Made by a program: the position numbers and the translations under genes. From Azolla caroliniana (taxonomy: Eukaryota > Plantae > Polypodiophyta), in NCBI GenBank assembly GCA_043228905.1, contig JBHGNT010000020.1, positions 186,001 through 250,000 of the forward strand: a DNA stretch of 64,000 nt, in the 5' to 3' direction. Positions within the stretch are counted from its first letter, which is position 1. Each line of letters begins with the position of its first letter. Positions 10,448-21,429 of the stretch are shown piece after piece. The notes under the pieces are model-generated. The model was not told the DNA's origin and did no database searches. It saw nothing but the letters and a program-made list of their open reading frames with translations.

Positions 10448-11169
10448 CGAGCATAGATAAAAGATAGAGACAATGTATGATTCAAGAAAGAAGATTGAGA
10501 CAAAGTATGATTCTAGAAACAAGAGTATATGATGTATATTAAAAATATAATATTTTACCAACTTTACAATCCTTGATCGTAAGATGAATCTTTTCAATAC
10601 CGACCCTTGATTTGAACCCACGACTTCCACTTTGAAACGCAAGGCTCTTCACCGAATAAGATATCTTTAACACTTGCTTAGATTCCTTCTCCTCTCACTT
10701 TCTCTTGATTGCTCCCCTTTTGTTTTCCTATCCCCTCTTTTTATAAGTATTTCCATGCATATGGTAATGGCATGCATGTAATGCATGAGTTACATCTGAT
10801 GCATGATCGTCATTTGGCGCACATGCATTGCATGTGATGCATGATAGCCATCATGCTCATTTGAGCTCCCATGTATTGGGATAAGTATAATGATGACCCT
10901 AAAACAAATAACCTAGCTTAGTGGTGTATGCTTTGTGCTTGATATACAAGGTTGAGGGTTCAAGTCCCTCAATTTTACTTAATACAATATTTAAGTTTAT
11001 TCTTATATAGTGAAGCACATGCTTGACAACATTTCTAAAAACAAATAGCCTACTCTAGTGGTATATACATTGTGCTTGGCTTATAAGGTTGTAGGTTCAA
11101 GTGTTTGAAATATTATTGAATTCAATATTTAAATTTATTTTTATATCGTGAAGCAAATCCTTCACGACA
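10268..11169 (-). mobile_element. Solo LTR (902 bp), probably of the Trp-primed gypsy group, with three tRNA-like cassettes
   Basis: TGTCG...CGACA termini; 4-bp TSD ACGT at 10264-10267 and 11170-11173; minus-strand TATAAAAA near 10738-10745; TG/GA microsatellite; CATG/TGCA-rich block. Confidence 0.88.
10914..10970 (+). ncRNA. tRNA-like cassette in an LTR (D, anticodon and T arms; no acceptor stem)
   Basis: TAGCTTAGTGG A-box; TTGTG-CTTGATA-TACAA stem with 7-nt loop; GAGGG-TTCAAGT-CCCTC perfect T-arm. Degenerate tandem copy at 11051-11107. Confidence 0.6.
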
Positions 11170-12423
11170 ACGTATCATCTTGCACATTTCTTTCCGAGCT
11201 TGTACTGAGGTAATACTACCACTCAGTTGCGATATTGTAAGTTTTCTATGTAAGTACCTACAATCCTCATCATACCATCTATTTTGTGGCATAGATCCTA
11301 ATTTACCTTGATTGGAGTGTTTCGTGTATGGGAAATTGCTAACTGCTACGGAGTGAAGGATGTGTGTGAGTTTCGTACTAAGGCTCTCTAAAGGTAGGGA
11401 GGGATCAAGGGAGGAGAGATGGGCTTGAACATGTCGAGCATATATGTCAGAGAGCTCATGCGTGAAATGTATTGTGGTGTGATGGCGTGATTGACTAGAG
11501 TTGGTGACGTTAGAGATATCGCATTTTAGCTCGAAGTATAAAAAACTATGGTCCGCACCAATAGGGCATGGGGCCACCCGGAAGGAGTTAATCATGTCGG
11601 TACCTTCAGGGTGTGTTATTAGATAATCAACTGTGCTTTCCCCTCCTCCATGTGGGAAACATGTGAGCTCTTCCGAGCCCGGCCACTTGGCTAAACCATT
11701 ATATATGACCATCTGGTGCCGATTGCCAAGTTCGAGCAAATGATGGCCAAAGCTCGTGGCGTCCGCACCTTGATCCTTTAATCTAGGTGTGGTGCCTATG
11801 TCTAAAGGATCGACATTTACCATTTCTAGGTTTCTATTCATCTGAAATATTGTGCATTATCGGGATTGGGTTCTCGCATTAAAGTCTCCTACAAGGAATA
11901 CTTCTCCTTGGGAAGAATATCGGATTATGTCATCCGATAGAGGTTCGTATGGGGAAGGCCCATGTGGCACTCCTTCATCAACTAATCTAGCCTCGCCAGC
12001 CAGATTATAACGAGAGCCTTTCGGGGGGAAGTAACAAATGGCGAAAAATACTGCCTTGTCCTTGCTTGTGGAGACTTTCACCCACATAAAACGAGCCTCT
12101 AGGTCTATCCTCAGTATTTCTATCCTATTATGTAGCTCTCTCCGAAACAATATTGTGACACCTACATATCCCTTGGTAGTGCATCGACGTGAGGTTGGTC
12201 TAAAAGCCGACTCCCAATGAAATCCTTTGACTCATGGGAGTCCCCTATTTGGGCTTTGGTGTGTTTCTACTAAGAAAAGTATATCTAATACCTTTAATAT
12301 CTTCTCTAGGCAGCCGAGGTGTGTCCAGAGTGCGCCGTTACAATTCCATAAGGTCATCCTAAGTGTATTTTCTATCACATGGGCCACACGCCATCAATTA
12401 GTAGTGCGATCATTTATGATCAC

Positions 12424-13089
12424 TCACCCATCTCGATAAAAGGCGTGATGCCCTTCATTACAAGCTTGCATAACTCGTGGCATACAACTCTTGCGATGCT
12501 CAATTTGCATCTTAGTGAGGTCTTCATCGAGATAGATAGGGTCCCCACCCAATCCTCGAAGAATTGGTCTCTTCCTAAAGAGAGTGATTCTAGAGTCTAA
12601 GTCTTTAAATTGAAGAACTAAGGCTCTCTTCCTAGTTGTGTCGCGTCCGGCCCTCCAAGCTTTAGTGATAGTTAGGGCCGCTGTGTACCCTAACATTTTC
12701 CCAAGTGTTTGTGCATCCTCATTTGGGGATGCACCTTCCTTGAGCCCAATGACACACACATTTCGGTGTCGGGCCTGATGCATTTTCTCCTCTTCAAGGG
12801 TGGTATTAACAATATCTTCATCTTTTATTTCTTTTATAATGTTTCTTTTAACCACCTCTACCCAACCCGTTTTTGCTAACTCTATGTTATTTTTAACTTC
12901 CTCTTTAACTTTTTTAATCTCGTCTTTTATATCCTCTATGGAGGATATTTCACCATCCTCTCGAGATACCTCGATGTCATTAAGTTGTTTTTTGAGGTTG
13001 GTGTTTTCAACTTTAAGTTTTTCTATTTCGGCCTTGAGGGCATCTTTTTCCTCTCTATCTTTTGGCTTGTGGGTTTCGGAGTCTTTCAC
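12424..13089 (-). CDS. LINE ORF1 (coiled coil + RRM/CTD-like), probably 5'-truncated
   Basis: 221 aa ORF: K/E-rich heptads, then RNVCVIGLKE...IYLDEDLT, directly upstream of the APE domain. Confidence 0.75.
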   Translation of the reverse strand: MKDSETHKPKDREEKDALKAEIEKLKVENTNLKKQLNDIEVSREDGEISSIEDIKDEIKKVKEEVKNNIELAKTGWVEVVKRNIIKEIKDEDIVNTTLEEEKMHQARHRNVCVIGLKEGASPNEDAQTLGKMLGYTAALTITKAWRAGRDTTRKRALVLQFKDLDSRITLFRKRPILRGLGGDPIYLDEDLTKMQIEHRKSCMPRVMQACNEGHHAFYRDG

Positions 13090-13420
13090 CCATTTTTATT
13101 ACAACCTAATGAACTCTATGTAGACTCTGTGCTTACAATGTGCTTAGTGAGCACTTTTATACAAGCCCCTGAGGAGTGGGCTGACACAAGTACCATCAAT
13201 ACTTGAATGCTCATAAATGAGCCTGACACTAATTCTTCTTACAATATTCCTATTTACTATAATAGGAATATAGGCCTCCAACGGCCTACCGGAATCCCTC
13301 AGACTCGGCTCTCGGCTCTCGGCTCTCAGCTCTCGGCTCTCAGCTCTCGGCACTCGGCTTTCGGTACTTGGCTGTCGGCTCTTCAGCCAATTCGGCCCAT
13401 GTTGAGCTTGTCTCTAATCA

Positions 13421-13743
13421 TCTACCTTCACCAACTGGTGGTTACAACAGATACAAGTTCTGTATCTCTCTCTGTGCAACAATAAGAATGATCACACACT
13501 AAACAATTATTGCCCTAGTTATATATATACTTATATAACTCTGGGGCTATTTACCAATATGACCTCAAACAGTCTCATCGGAACATATTTACAAATATGT
13601 ATGGCCGGATACCTCCAGATCCATCCCATCTGGTTTCCGAATACCTCCCGGATCCATCCGGTCCGGTACCTTCCTTCGACACGTCCGATTGAACTCGTCT
13701 GGTTCTCATCTGGATCCCATCTGAAGGGACTAGTTTCCCAACA
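13421..13743 (-). repeat. Partial LTR, same family as the solo LTR at 60255-60806
   Basis: Shares TGCCCTAGTT.TATATATACTTATA.AACT and terminal GTTTCCCAACA with 60255-60806. Confidence 0.7.
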
Positions 13744-14319
13744 AAGGCTTTGTCAAATTTTGGTTTGATACAAGGGCAAGTAGGAGGCCTACAATGACAA
13801 AAGCAATGGGGTCATCGATCATAGTCTCACTGTTCCAAAACTCAAGGATATCCCTATGGTAGTCTTTAATTGTTATTTCATTTTATTTATTTCTTGTAAC
13901 GTATGTAACAAAGTTAACCTTTGTAGCTTAATGTTAGTGTGACTTGAAGGTGAATATTTTGATCTTCATGTATCAGATAGTTTCATTTTGATGAAGCATT
14001 TAATTTGATAGATTGTAATTTATTACATGATTTATATCTATTGAAGGATTGGGACAGAGTTGATGTGCACGGTCCAAGTTCTGAGGATTCTTTGATCAAG
14101 TATGCTTGGTGATTTAGATGCATCCCAATTGGTATCCCATTGACATTGTTCAAGTTGGATTAGTCGAAACTTTGCTAACAAGCATGCCACCAACATGATT
14201 CACATCATTGCTTGAAAAGAGGTCGCCATTGCTATAAGATTTGTGATGGTTTTATTAAGGAATTTCAAGCAAGGTTAGGAGATATCCATAGCAACACCAA
14301 ATTTGAGGCCTCCTTGTTG

Positions 14320-16106
14320 GCTGCCTTAGTCAGCCAAGTGGGAAAAAGTGAAGGAAAGGAAAGACGCACTGATGGTTACGGACCGTAGCGTAATCATGAT
14401 GAAATAGTGGCAGCTGTAGGAAAGAATAGAGCATTACGAACACATGTAATAGTTCACGCGCCAAGCATAACCGGGGCATAGCCGACCATGACCCGGTATA
14501 TAAAGGGCATGGAAAACATGTCAAAACTAGCGTAGAATTATTATAGACAACTCTGAATATAGTTTCTGTTTTGCCCGACTCACGGTGTTCTCTGTGTCAC
14601 GTACTATTCGTAATTAATCTGTGTTGAGTTATTTCTATATATGCATCATGTAGAATAGAGAAACGAGTCGGTTGTAGCCGTCTCCCCAACCTCCATAGTT
14701 TGGCACGCTTATGACCGCACTACGGACCACACCCATAGTCATCTGTAAGACGGTCGGGACGTACTGTCCATTCTCTGAACCATAATCTTCTTGAGCCGAA
14801 CCTCGAAGGATTCAGGGTTAGGCATCGTTTTTACCAAAGCCTATAACACTTTTGGCACGCTTGGTGATCTGTGACATTTACACAACCGAACATCAGGGGA
14901 TGGATGTCGTCTAGCCGCAGAGGCACAAAGAAACAACCCACTGAAGTAAACCACATACTCGGGTTGAATCCCGAAAAGCGGCAGAATGTGCGGCGGAAAG
15001 ACCGTGCCTCGACAACTGCTTCCTGGACCTCTCTGAAAGCACATTCGAGTCCGCGCTCACTGAGCAGAGTGGGACTGGGCAGGAGGTCCTCTCCCCATGT
15101 CACCCCAACAGTGAACACACTAGTACAACTCCAACCTCACCACACTGATCTACGGGCACAATGATGACCTTCTCGTATCCTCATTACAGCGGAGAAACCG
15201 ATGCGGAAGCCCATGCCCAATCGTTCCTAAATGTCTGGAGTGCAAACCACGTGTCACAACGACTCTCTGAAGCCGAAGCCAATGCTTCTAAAATCGCAGA
15301 GTTCGGACTCACTCTCGACGAGCGAGCCGCCCGATGGCACTCCAAACTCGATGCCGTGACCTTTACAACCTTCGATCAACTTCTCACGGCATTCCTGCGC
15401 TTCTTTCATAGGAGCATTCGGCAACGCAAAATCATTCTCCAGCAAGAATTAGTTGCCGATTTTAGCCTCTGGTTCCAAAACTTACGACAACAGGTAACAC
15501 GGGCGCCTACGGAGGACGAGGCTAAGGAAACTTTCCTAGCCACCTTGGGCCGACCCTTGCAAACGACGTTGGGAATGCAGAATTTTATGGGCCAACCGGC
15601 AGACATGGTCATCAAATGGGCCCTGCAGATGGAGCTGGAAGACGAAGACGAAGAAGAAGGTCTCCATGACGTCCTTATGACAAGCATTACCACGAGACGA
15701 AGAGTATTGCTTCCACCAGGCCATTCAATGCACAATCTTTCTTAACCCAAGTCACTCCGCGGTTGACTGTAACATGCGTGGCCACTACCCTATTTATCAC
15801 TCTTGGGTGCATACCGTTGACCAATGTGAATATAATATTCAGAATCTATCCGCGGCGCCAGTTCGACATATCGAGCCCCAGCGGAACAACCGACAATTAG
15901 ATTGCTTCAGACAAGCTGAGCGTGATCGCAACGCGGAGCGTAATCGCCGTTTAGGTCGGCCCAGTCGTTATAACTGGGACAATGATCAATATTCGGATGA
16001 TGATGATCAGGAGGAAGAAGAGTATCAATGGAACGACCGATATAATTACCGTTGTCGAGGAAATCGAGGTCCTGGACCGGAAGCACTCGATGTTTTACTG
16101 GCGTAA
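14320..16106 (+). mobile_element. Degenerate 5' part of a Ty3/gypsy element (LTR, Arg-type PBS, gag remnant) related to 30737-52007
   Basis: TATA near 14496; LTR end ..TAACA at 14848; PBS-like TGGCACGC at 14853; ORF 15161..15745 (DAEAHAQSFLNVWSANHVSQRL..SKIAEFG) resembles 31609..32070. The left end is approximate. Confidence 0.7.
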
Positions 16107-16109
16107 GCG

Positions 16110-16622
16110 AGAAAATATTAAAGATAGATAGAGGGAGAGAGAGAGAGATTTTGAACCCTTGACTTCAATTTTGAGGCAGAAGATACATTAGCAATAAGAT
16201 AAATAGTTTTCTTATTATTAATTTCTTAATTAGTACATAGCCCCCTCCCCCCGCATCATTTTTCTTTTTCTTCTTTTATAGATGCCCCCATGCCTATGAT
16301 GCATGTGAGGGTACAAGACATGCATACAATGCATGGAATGCATGTTTGCCATTTGGTGTTCATGCATCACATGTGATGCATGATGACCATGTCACTCATC
16401 CAAGCTCTCATGTATGATAATTTACATGTGAAAAGTACAATGATGAAAATAAACTTCAAAGAAACATTTTAGCCTAATGGAATGTCAATTGTCTCCTATC
16501 GTGGGGGTGTAAGGTAAGGTTTCAAAAATCCATGTGCACATTAATGTGCTAATATATGAGTGTAACCATCACCCCTTTCATGCATGTGCACATTGCACCC
16601 TCTCGGTTTTCTCTTCCCACGT
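16110..16622 (-). repeat. LTR remnant of the Trp-primed gypsy group with divergent tRNA-like cassettes
   Basis: Same layout as 10268-11169: minus-strand cassette at 16147-16201, CATG/TGCA block, plus-strand cassette at 16470-16531. Confidence 0.55.
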
Positions 16623-17697
16623 TGTCGTAGTGTATTTGATACACTATGTGAAAAATTGCATTTTTTTCCTACGGATGGGATAAGGAGGACCCGGTAAAAA
16701 GAAGCCTGATGAGAGTCGGTAAGAACCGGGTAAAGAAAATTGGTGAGAACCGGATGAAGCAGACCCGGCAAGAACCGGATGAAGAAGGCCAGTGAGAGTC
16801 TCTCATCGGATGAAGAGACAAATTTGTAAATAAAAGAAAAGATTGTTCTATGCATAGGACAAGATTTGAACCCTATACCTCCATGTTAATAATGTAAAGC
16901 CTTACCATTACACTAACATATCATTAGTCTTTAAAGAAAAGTAGACGTCCCACATAGAAAGGTAAGTGCACACTAGGATAAATTTTTGTTAGAAGAAAAC
17001 GCATGATAAAAGAAAAAGTTACACATGCACATGTAGCGTACATGAACACCATAATCAATAAAAACGCATCAAATTAGAAAACGTAGGATCACTTTAGAAA
17101 AAGCATGGATTGTTAAGACTCTCTCATCACTATATAAGGATGAGGAGCACAATGTAATAGGTGTGAAAAATATTTGGGAAATTGGATATATTTCCTAAAT
17201 CACCACCAATTAATATAATATATTCGTGGGATTCACGAATTTGTGATCAAAATTGTCTCTTACTATCTCAATATTGATTAAATACACTAAACTCGTGGAA
17301 TTCACGAGATTCAGAACTTACCTATCTTTCTACCTGTTCATTACTAGCCATATCTCATATTCTCCTTTCTCCTAGTCCAAAACCTCAGTGGTTCGCACCC
17401 GACTCACGCAACGATCAGGAACCGAAAGGCACGACACAAGTGGTGAACCTGACGTGAAGGCAGGTGGCAAGGAGATGGAGAATCAACAAGAGGCGATGAG
17501 CATAATGATGATGATGATCAAGCGGATGCAACAAGAGCAACGTGCGATGTCGGAGATGAAGTCGACAGTAGAGCGGCTTGTGGAACGAAACGGGCAATTC
17601 AACGGAAATGATGTGTCACGCTATCTACGTGACTAAGGTGGAGATGATGCGATGTCGAATACTGTAAGGATTGCAAGTGATATCCTTTAGTCGGGTG
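16623..17697 (+). mobile_element. 5' end of a tRNA-Trp-primed Ty3/gypsy element (LTR 16623-17436, PBS, start of gag)
   Basis: TGTCG..CGACA LTR homologous to 28813-29535; PBS at 17441-17458; gag start (VERLVERNGQFNGNDVSRYLRD). Confidence 0.82.
17441..17458 (+). promoter_or_regulatory. Primer-binding site, tRNA-Trp
   Basis: TGGTGAACCTGACGTGAA is complementary (1 mismatch) to the plant tRNA-Trp 3' end ...TTCACGTCGGGTTCACCA, as recalled. Confidence 0.75.
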
Positions 17698-18617
17698 TGT
17701 CGAGACTTGTGGGTAGAAGATAGAGTGAGAGCGAGAGCGAAAGAGAGAGGGTGTGTGTGTGTATGCGTGAGAGAGAGAGAGAGAGTGAGAGAGAGTGATA
17801 GAGATAAGACTTGAAATAGAAATGAGATTATATTATGATGAAACAAGATCACAATGAGTAGGCTAAGGGCTAAAGACTGGTGTTGAACCAAATGAGTTGA
17901 AACGAATGTATAGACAGTTATTTATAGGTCCTTATGGAGTAATCTAGAATGTTCTAGAATATTTTAGATTTTATGATAAGAAATATAATCATGAAATATT
18001 AAAGGATGTTCTAGAATAATCTAGAATATTCTAATATCTTGTAATAACTAGAAACATAATTATTATAATCACATAACATATATGTTATTACAATGGTTAA
18101 GGGTTCAACACATAGACCAAGAAGTCGTGGGTTCGATTCTTAATAACCAAAATGTTGTCTTCATGACATTATCCCCCCCTTTCAATGACGAGTTGCACGA
18201 GTCGGAAGACAAGAGTTCGGACTTGGTTTATGGGGATATTTGTCGTGAAATGCAACAACCATGTCTGAGGCATTAGCAAGATGCTCGGCAGGCTCCCATG
18301 TTCGATCATTAAGTGTATAACCTAACCAATCAACTAAATAATATAGTTTGTTGTGGATGATCTTGGAGTCGAGAATAGCAGCAACCTCATATTCAGAGCC
18401 ATTGGAAACTTCGATTGGAGGTGGGGGAGGTGTAAGATGAACCGGAATAGAGCTTGTTGTGTAGGGCTCCAAAAGTGAAACATGGAAGACCAGGTGAAGA
18501 CGCATATGAGGGAGATCAAGACGAAATGCCACATCATTGATCTTACCAGAGATCACATATGGGCCGAAACGTTGATAATCCAATTTGTAGCAAGGTCGAG
18601 TGGTTTTAATGCTACCT
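17698..18617 (-). mobile_element. 3' fragment of a chromovirus (integrase end, chromodomain, PPT, 3' LTR 17698-18168)
   Basis: ORF 18182..18682 from GSIKTTRPC onward is nearly identical to the C-terminus of 54528..56282; the LTR resembles 53988-54535. Confidence 0.88.
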
Positions 18618-21429
18618 GGTAAACTGTTGTCCAGCCCTAGGAGTAACAAAGGCAAGTACCACGAAGCGGACTCGTCGAACATGACATCTCGGCTTACGCG
18701 AACTTCCTTTGTCCAAGGGTTATAGCAGTTATACCCCTTCTATTCGTCTGAATAGCTGACCAACATACAGTTCTTGGCTTTGGCATCCAACTTCCTCCTC
18801 TTCTCCTTCGGCACATGCACATATGTAATGCTGCCAAAAATCCTCAAGTGTGCCAAGTTCGGCTTCTTGTTGTAATACAACTCATGTAGCGACACTCCTC
18901 CATTAGCACAAGTCTGATTCTATAAGTAAACAATCGTCCTTATGGCTTCAGCCCAATAAAACTTCAGCATATATGCTTCTTTTCAAGTATTGCCCTAGCA
19001 GCTTCTTCGATTGTTTGATTCTTCCGCTCAGCCACGCCGTTCTGCTGCGGCTTGTATCTACACGAGAATTCGCGTTGAATTCCCTCCTTCTGTAGATAAC
19101 TCGTGAACTGATCAGAGAAGTACTCCTTCCCGCCATCGGACCGTAGGCACTTGATCTTGCGCCATGTTTCCCTTTCCGCCAGGTTTTTCACCTTCAAGAA
19201 CCATGCGAAGACTTCGCTCTTTTCCAGGATCAAGCATGCCTAGGTATGCCGAGTGAAGTCATCGATGAAGGTTACGAAGTAACGGCTTCCACCAAGACTC
19301 ATGTTCTGTGTCGAGATCCCCATGCATCCAAATGGATCAAACACAATGGATTTTGCGATTACGCTCATTGGGGAATGGAAGTCGGTGTTGCTTCCCGAGT
19401 TGGCAGGCTTCGTAGACTTGGCCATTACGACCCCGAAATTTCGGCAATCCGAAAACAATATTCTTCGTCTCCATTTCTTGAAGCCGTGGGAAGTTGACAT
19501 GGCCAAACCGCTTGTGCCACAGATCAATGTCTAACTCGACCTTCTATCCTTTCGCAAACAACACGGTTCTGGCTTGATTGGTGTTGAGGATGAACATCCT
19601 TCCTTCACGGCTCCCTTGCGCGATAACTTGGCCTTCCTCTTCGATGTAGCACCCGAGGTGTGTGAATCGAACTTGCAACCCCTGGTCGACGATCTGTCCG
19701 ACCGACACCAAGTTCTTGGTTATTGTCGGGACATGCAACACGTTCATAAGTTTCCCTTTCTGCCCGACGTGGATGAGAAGAACTTCTCCGACATATTCGA
19801 TGGTATGCGGAGTGTCGTTTCCCATTTCAACCACTCCTTGTTTTTCTAGTTTCTCCAAGTATGAGAATCATTCCTCATGACTCGTCATATGATTTGACGC
19901 TCCGGAATCAATATACCACACCTCACTCGATGTCGAGGTGTTCACGGCCATCAAATTGGTCTTGTGCTTCATTATGAAGGTTGGGCCTGATCCATTTACG
20001 GCTCGTTCAGAGTCTTCGGCGTTCTGCGATTTTTGACGCCTTCCTACGTCTCTTCCACTCGATTCGGCTTTGTTCGAATCGGCTCTCTTCTTCTAGCACT
20101 CCCTCTCCCTATGCCCTTTCTTGCCATAGTACCAACATTCTGTTCCGGCCTTCTCTTGCCGGTTTCTGGCACCGTTGTGACTCCCCATCCTTTTGGAGGG
20201 TTCGGAATTGTTTCCGGCATTTTGATTATGCCGCACGTTCTGCTCTTTTCGGCCACCTCCATTGTGCACCGATCTGCCTCGTCCGCCACAACCATGGGGT
20301 CTATCTCCCTCCGTGTACAACATCTTGATGTTAGTGTGCGTTCTCTTTTATGCACCCACGTGATTTTCCTCCACGAGCAACATCGACTGAAGCTCGAAGA
20401 ACGAAGGCGTAATCTCCCTTGTGCAAATCGCCGTCCGAAACGCTCCGAACTCTGACACTAACCCACCAAGGCAAACCTACACCATTTCGTCCTCCTCGAC
20501 TTTCACGTTGACGGAGGCGAGAGAGTCGCAGATCTCCGTGATTTGGGCCATGTAATCAGCCATAGACAGATCTTTCTATCGGACATTGCTAAGCTCTTGC
20601 CTGAGCTACGGCTTCCTGGCCGTTGTGCTAGCAAAAATCCTCTTCAGATCCGCCCACACATCCTTTGGCATCTTAGCATCTCAAATGTAGCTCAAGAGCT
20701 GGTCGCTCACACAGGACACGAAACAATAAAGAACTCTACTTGCCGCTTGTTCCCAAGACAAAAAGTCTTTGTGTGTCGATTTGGGTGTTGCATCATTAGC
20801 TCCATAGACATAACTCCAGTAGCCATGACCAAGCAGGTACTGGTGCATCTTGTACGACCAAGATGCGTAGTTGCTCTTGTTGAGCTTCTCAGTTGGTAGT
20901 GAGCTTCCCATTCCTCTGTCCATATTGTTGTGTTATCCTTTCTGAAAACAACAGCTTAACTCTGTCTTATCTCAAGCTTATCTGTCGGCTGCAGAGGAGT
21001 CTCAACCCTCGCACTCTGATACCATGTAAAAGAATACGTGTGTGGAAGCGTATGCGTAAGAACACAGAGTACACGATTCAGTAGTACGATAGTTTGATGA
21101 AACACAAAATTCACAGAGGAAGAGAGGGAGAGATAGAAACTACAAACTATATTCAAAATAATTCTCAGTATATATATTTCGTGTTCAATGAGCACCTTTT
21201 ATACAAACCCCAACTATTGGGCTGACACAAGTACTGCCAATACTTGACCACTCATAAATGAGCTTTCTACACTAACTCCCAAAACTATTCCTTACGAGGA
21301 ATAACGTTCTAACGGCCTTTCAGTTTAAACACCACCACGGCCATATTTTGCGTACGGTTTTACGCACCCAGTCTATGTATTGGGCTACGTACCCATTTAC
21401 GCACCCAATGTTGAGCTTGTCTCTCAACA
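18618..21429 (-). mobile_element. 3'-truncated degenerate Ty1/copia (5' LTR 21025-21429, Met PBS, gag-PR-INT)
   Basis: PBS TGGTATCAGAG ending at 21024; MDRGMGSSLPTEKL gag; RSDGGKEY..PQQNGVAERKN integrase; fused to the chromovirus fragment at ~18617. Confidence 0.88.

Larger units (their letters stand above)
8531..12357 (-). pseudogene. LINE ORF2 (APE endonuclease + RT), frameshifted and split by a solo LTR
   Basis: ORF pieces 8583..8942, 9078..9650, 9568..9927, 11122..11841 and 11857..12150; KMIR|HKRQAWE rejoins when 10268-11173 is removed. Confidence 0.88.
2007..13096 (-). mobile_element. Degenerate non-LTR retrotransposon (LINE, RTE-X/L2-like), probably 5'-truncated, interrupted by two LTR insertions
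   Basis: ORF1 plus APE (WNCNG, VGDFNAR, TVDY, ADH), RT (QAGFRR, FVDFRKAFD, GVKQGCPLSPTLF, LLYVDD) and C-terminal LRISSHQLEIENGR..CRLC..EDEYHF..C. Possible short TSD TATTA at 2002-2006 and 13097-13101; ends are approximate. Confidence 0.85.
230..13420 (-). mobile_element. Truncated Ty1/copia LTR retrotransposon (gag, protease, start of integrase); its 5' LTR is split by a LINE
   Basis: Minus-strand ORF fragments: UBN2-type gag (AWGNLKKI..ARKLQLRQEL), protease (WYVDLGVSNHMT) and WHKRFGH. Met-type PBS at 1872-1883. LTR halves at 1884-~2006 and ~13097-13420 match the LTR at 21025-21429. Confidence 0.8.

Noticed and set aside
10914-10970. Functional tRNA gene (possible Ser-TGA loop)
   Set aside because: No acceptor-stem pairing, no long variable arm and a pyrimidine at position 37; reported only as a tRNA-like cassette.
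13303-13380. CTCGGCT 7-mer tandem array as a CRISPR-like or functional repeat
   Set aside because: A simple degenerate minisatellite inside copia U3, with no spacers.
16706-16740. Hammerhead ribozyme (retrozyme) core CTGATGAG...GAAA; also at 29809-29820
   Set aside because: The stem II/GAAA geometry is wrong or absent, and no stems I and III could be built.
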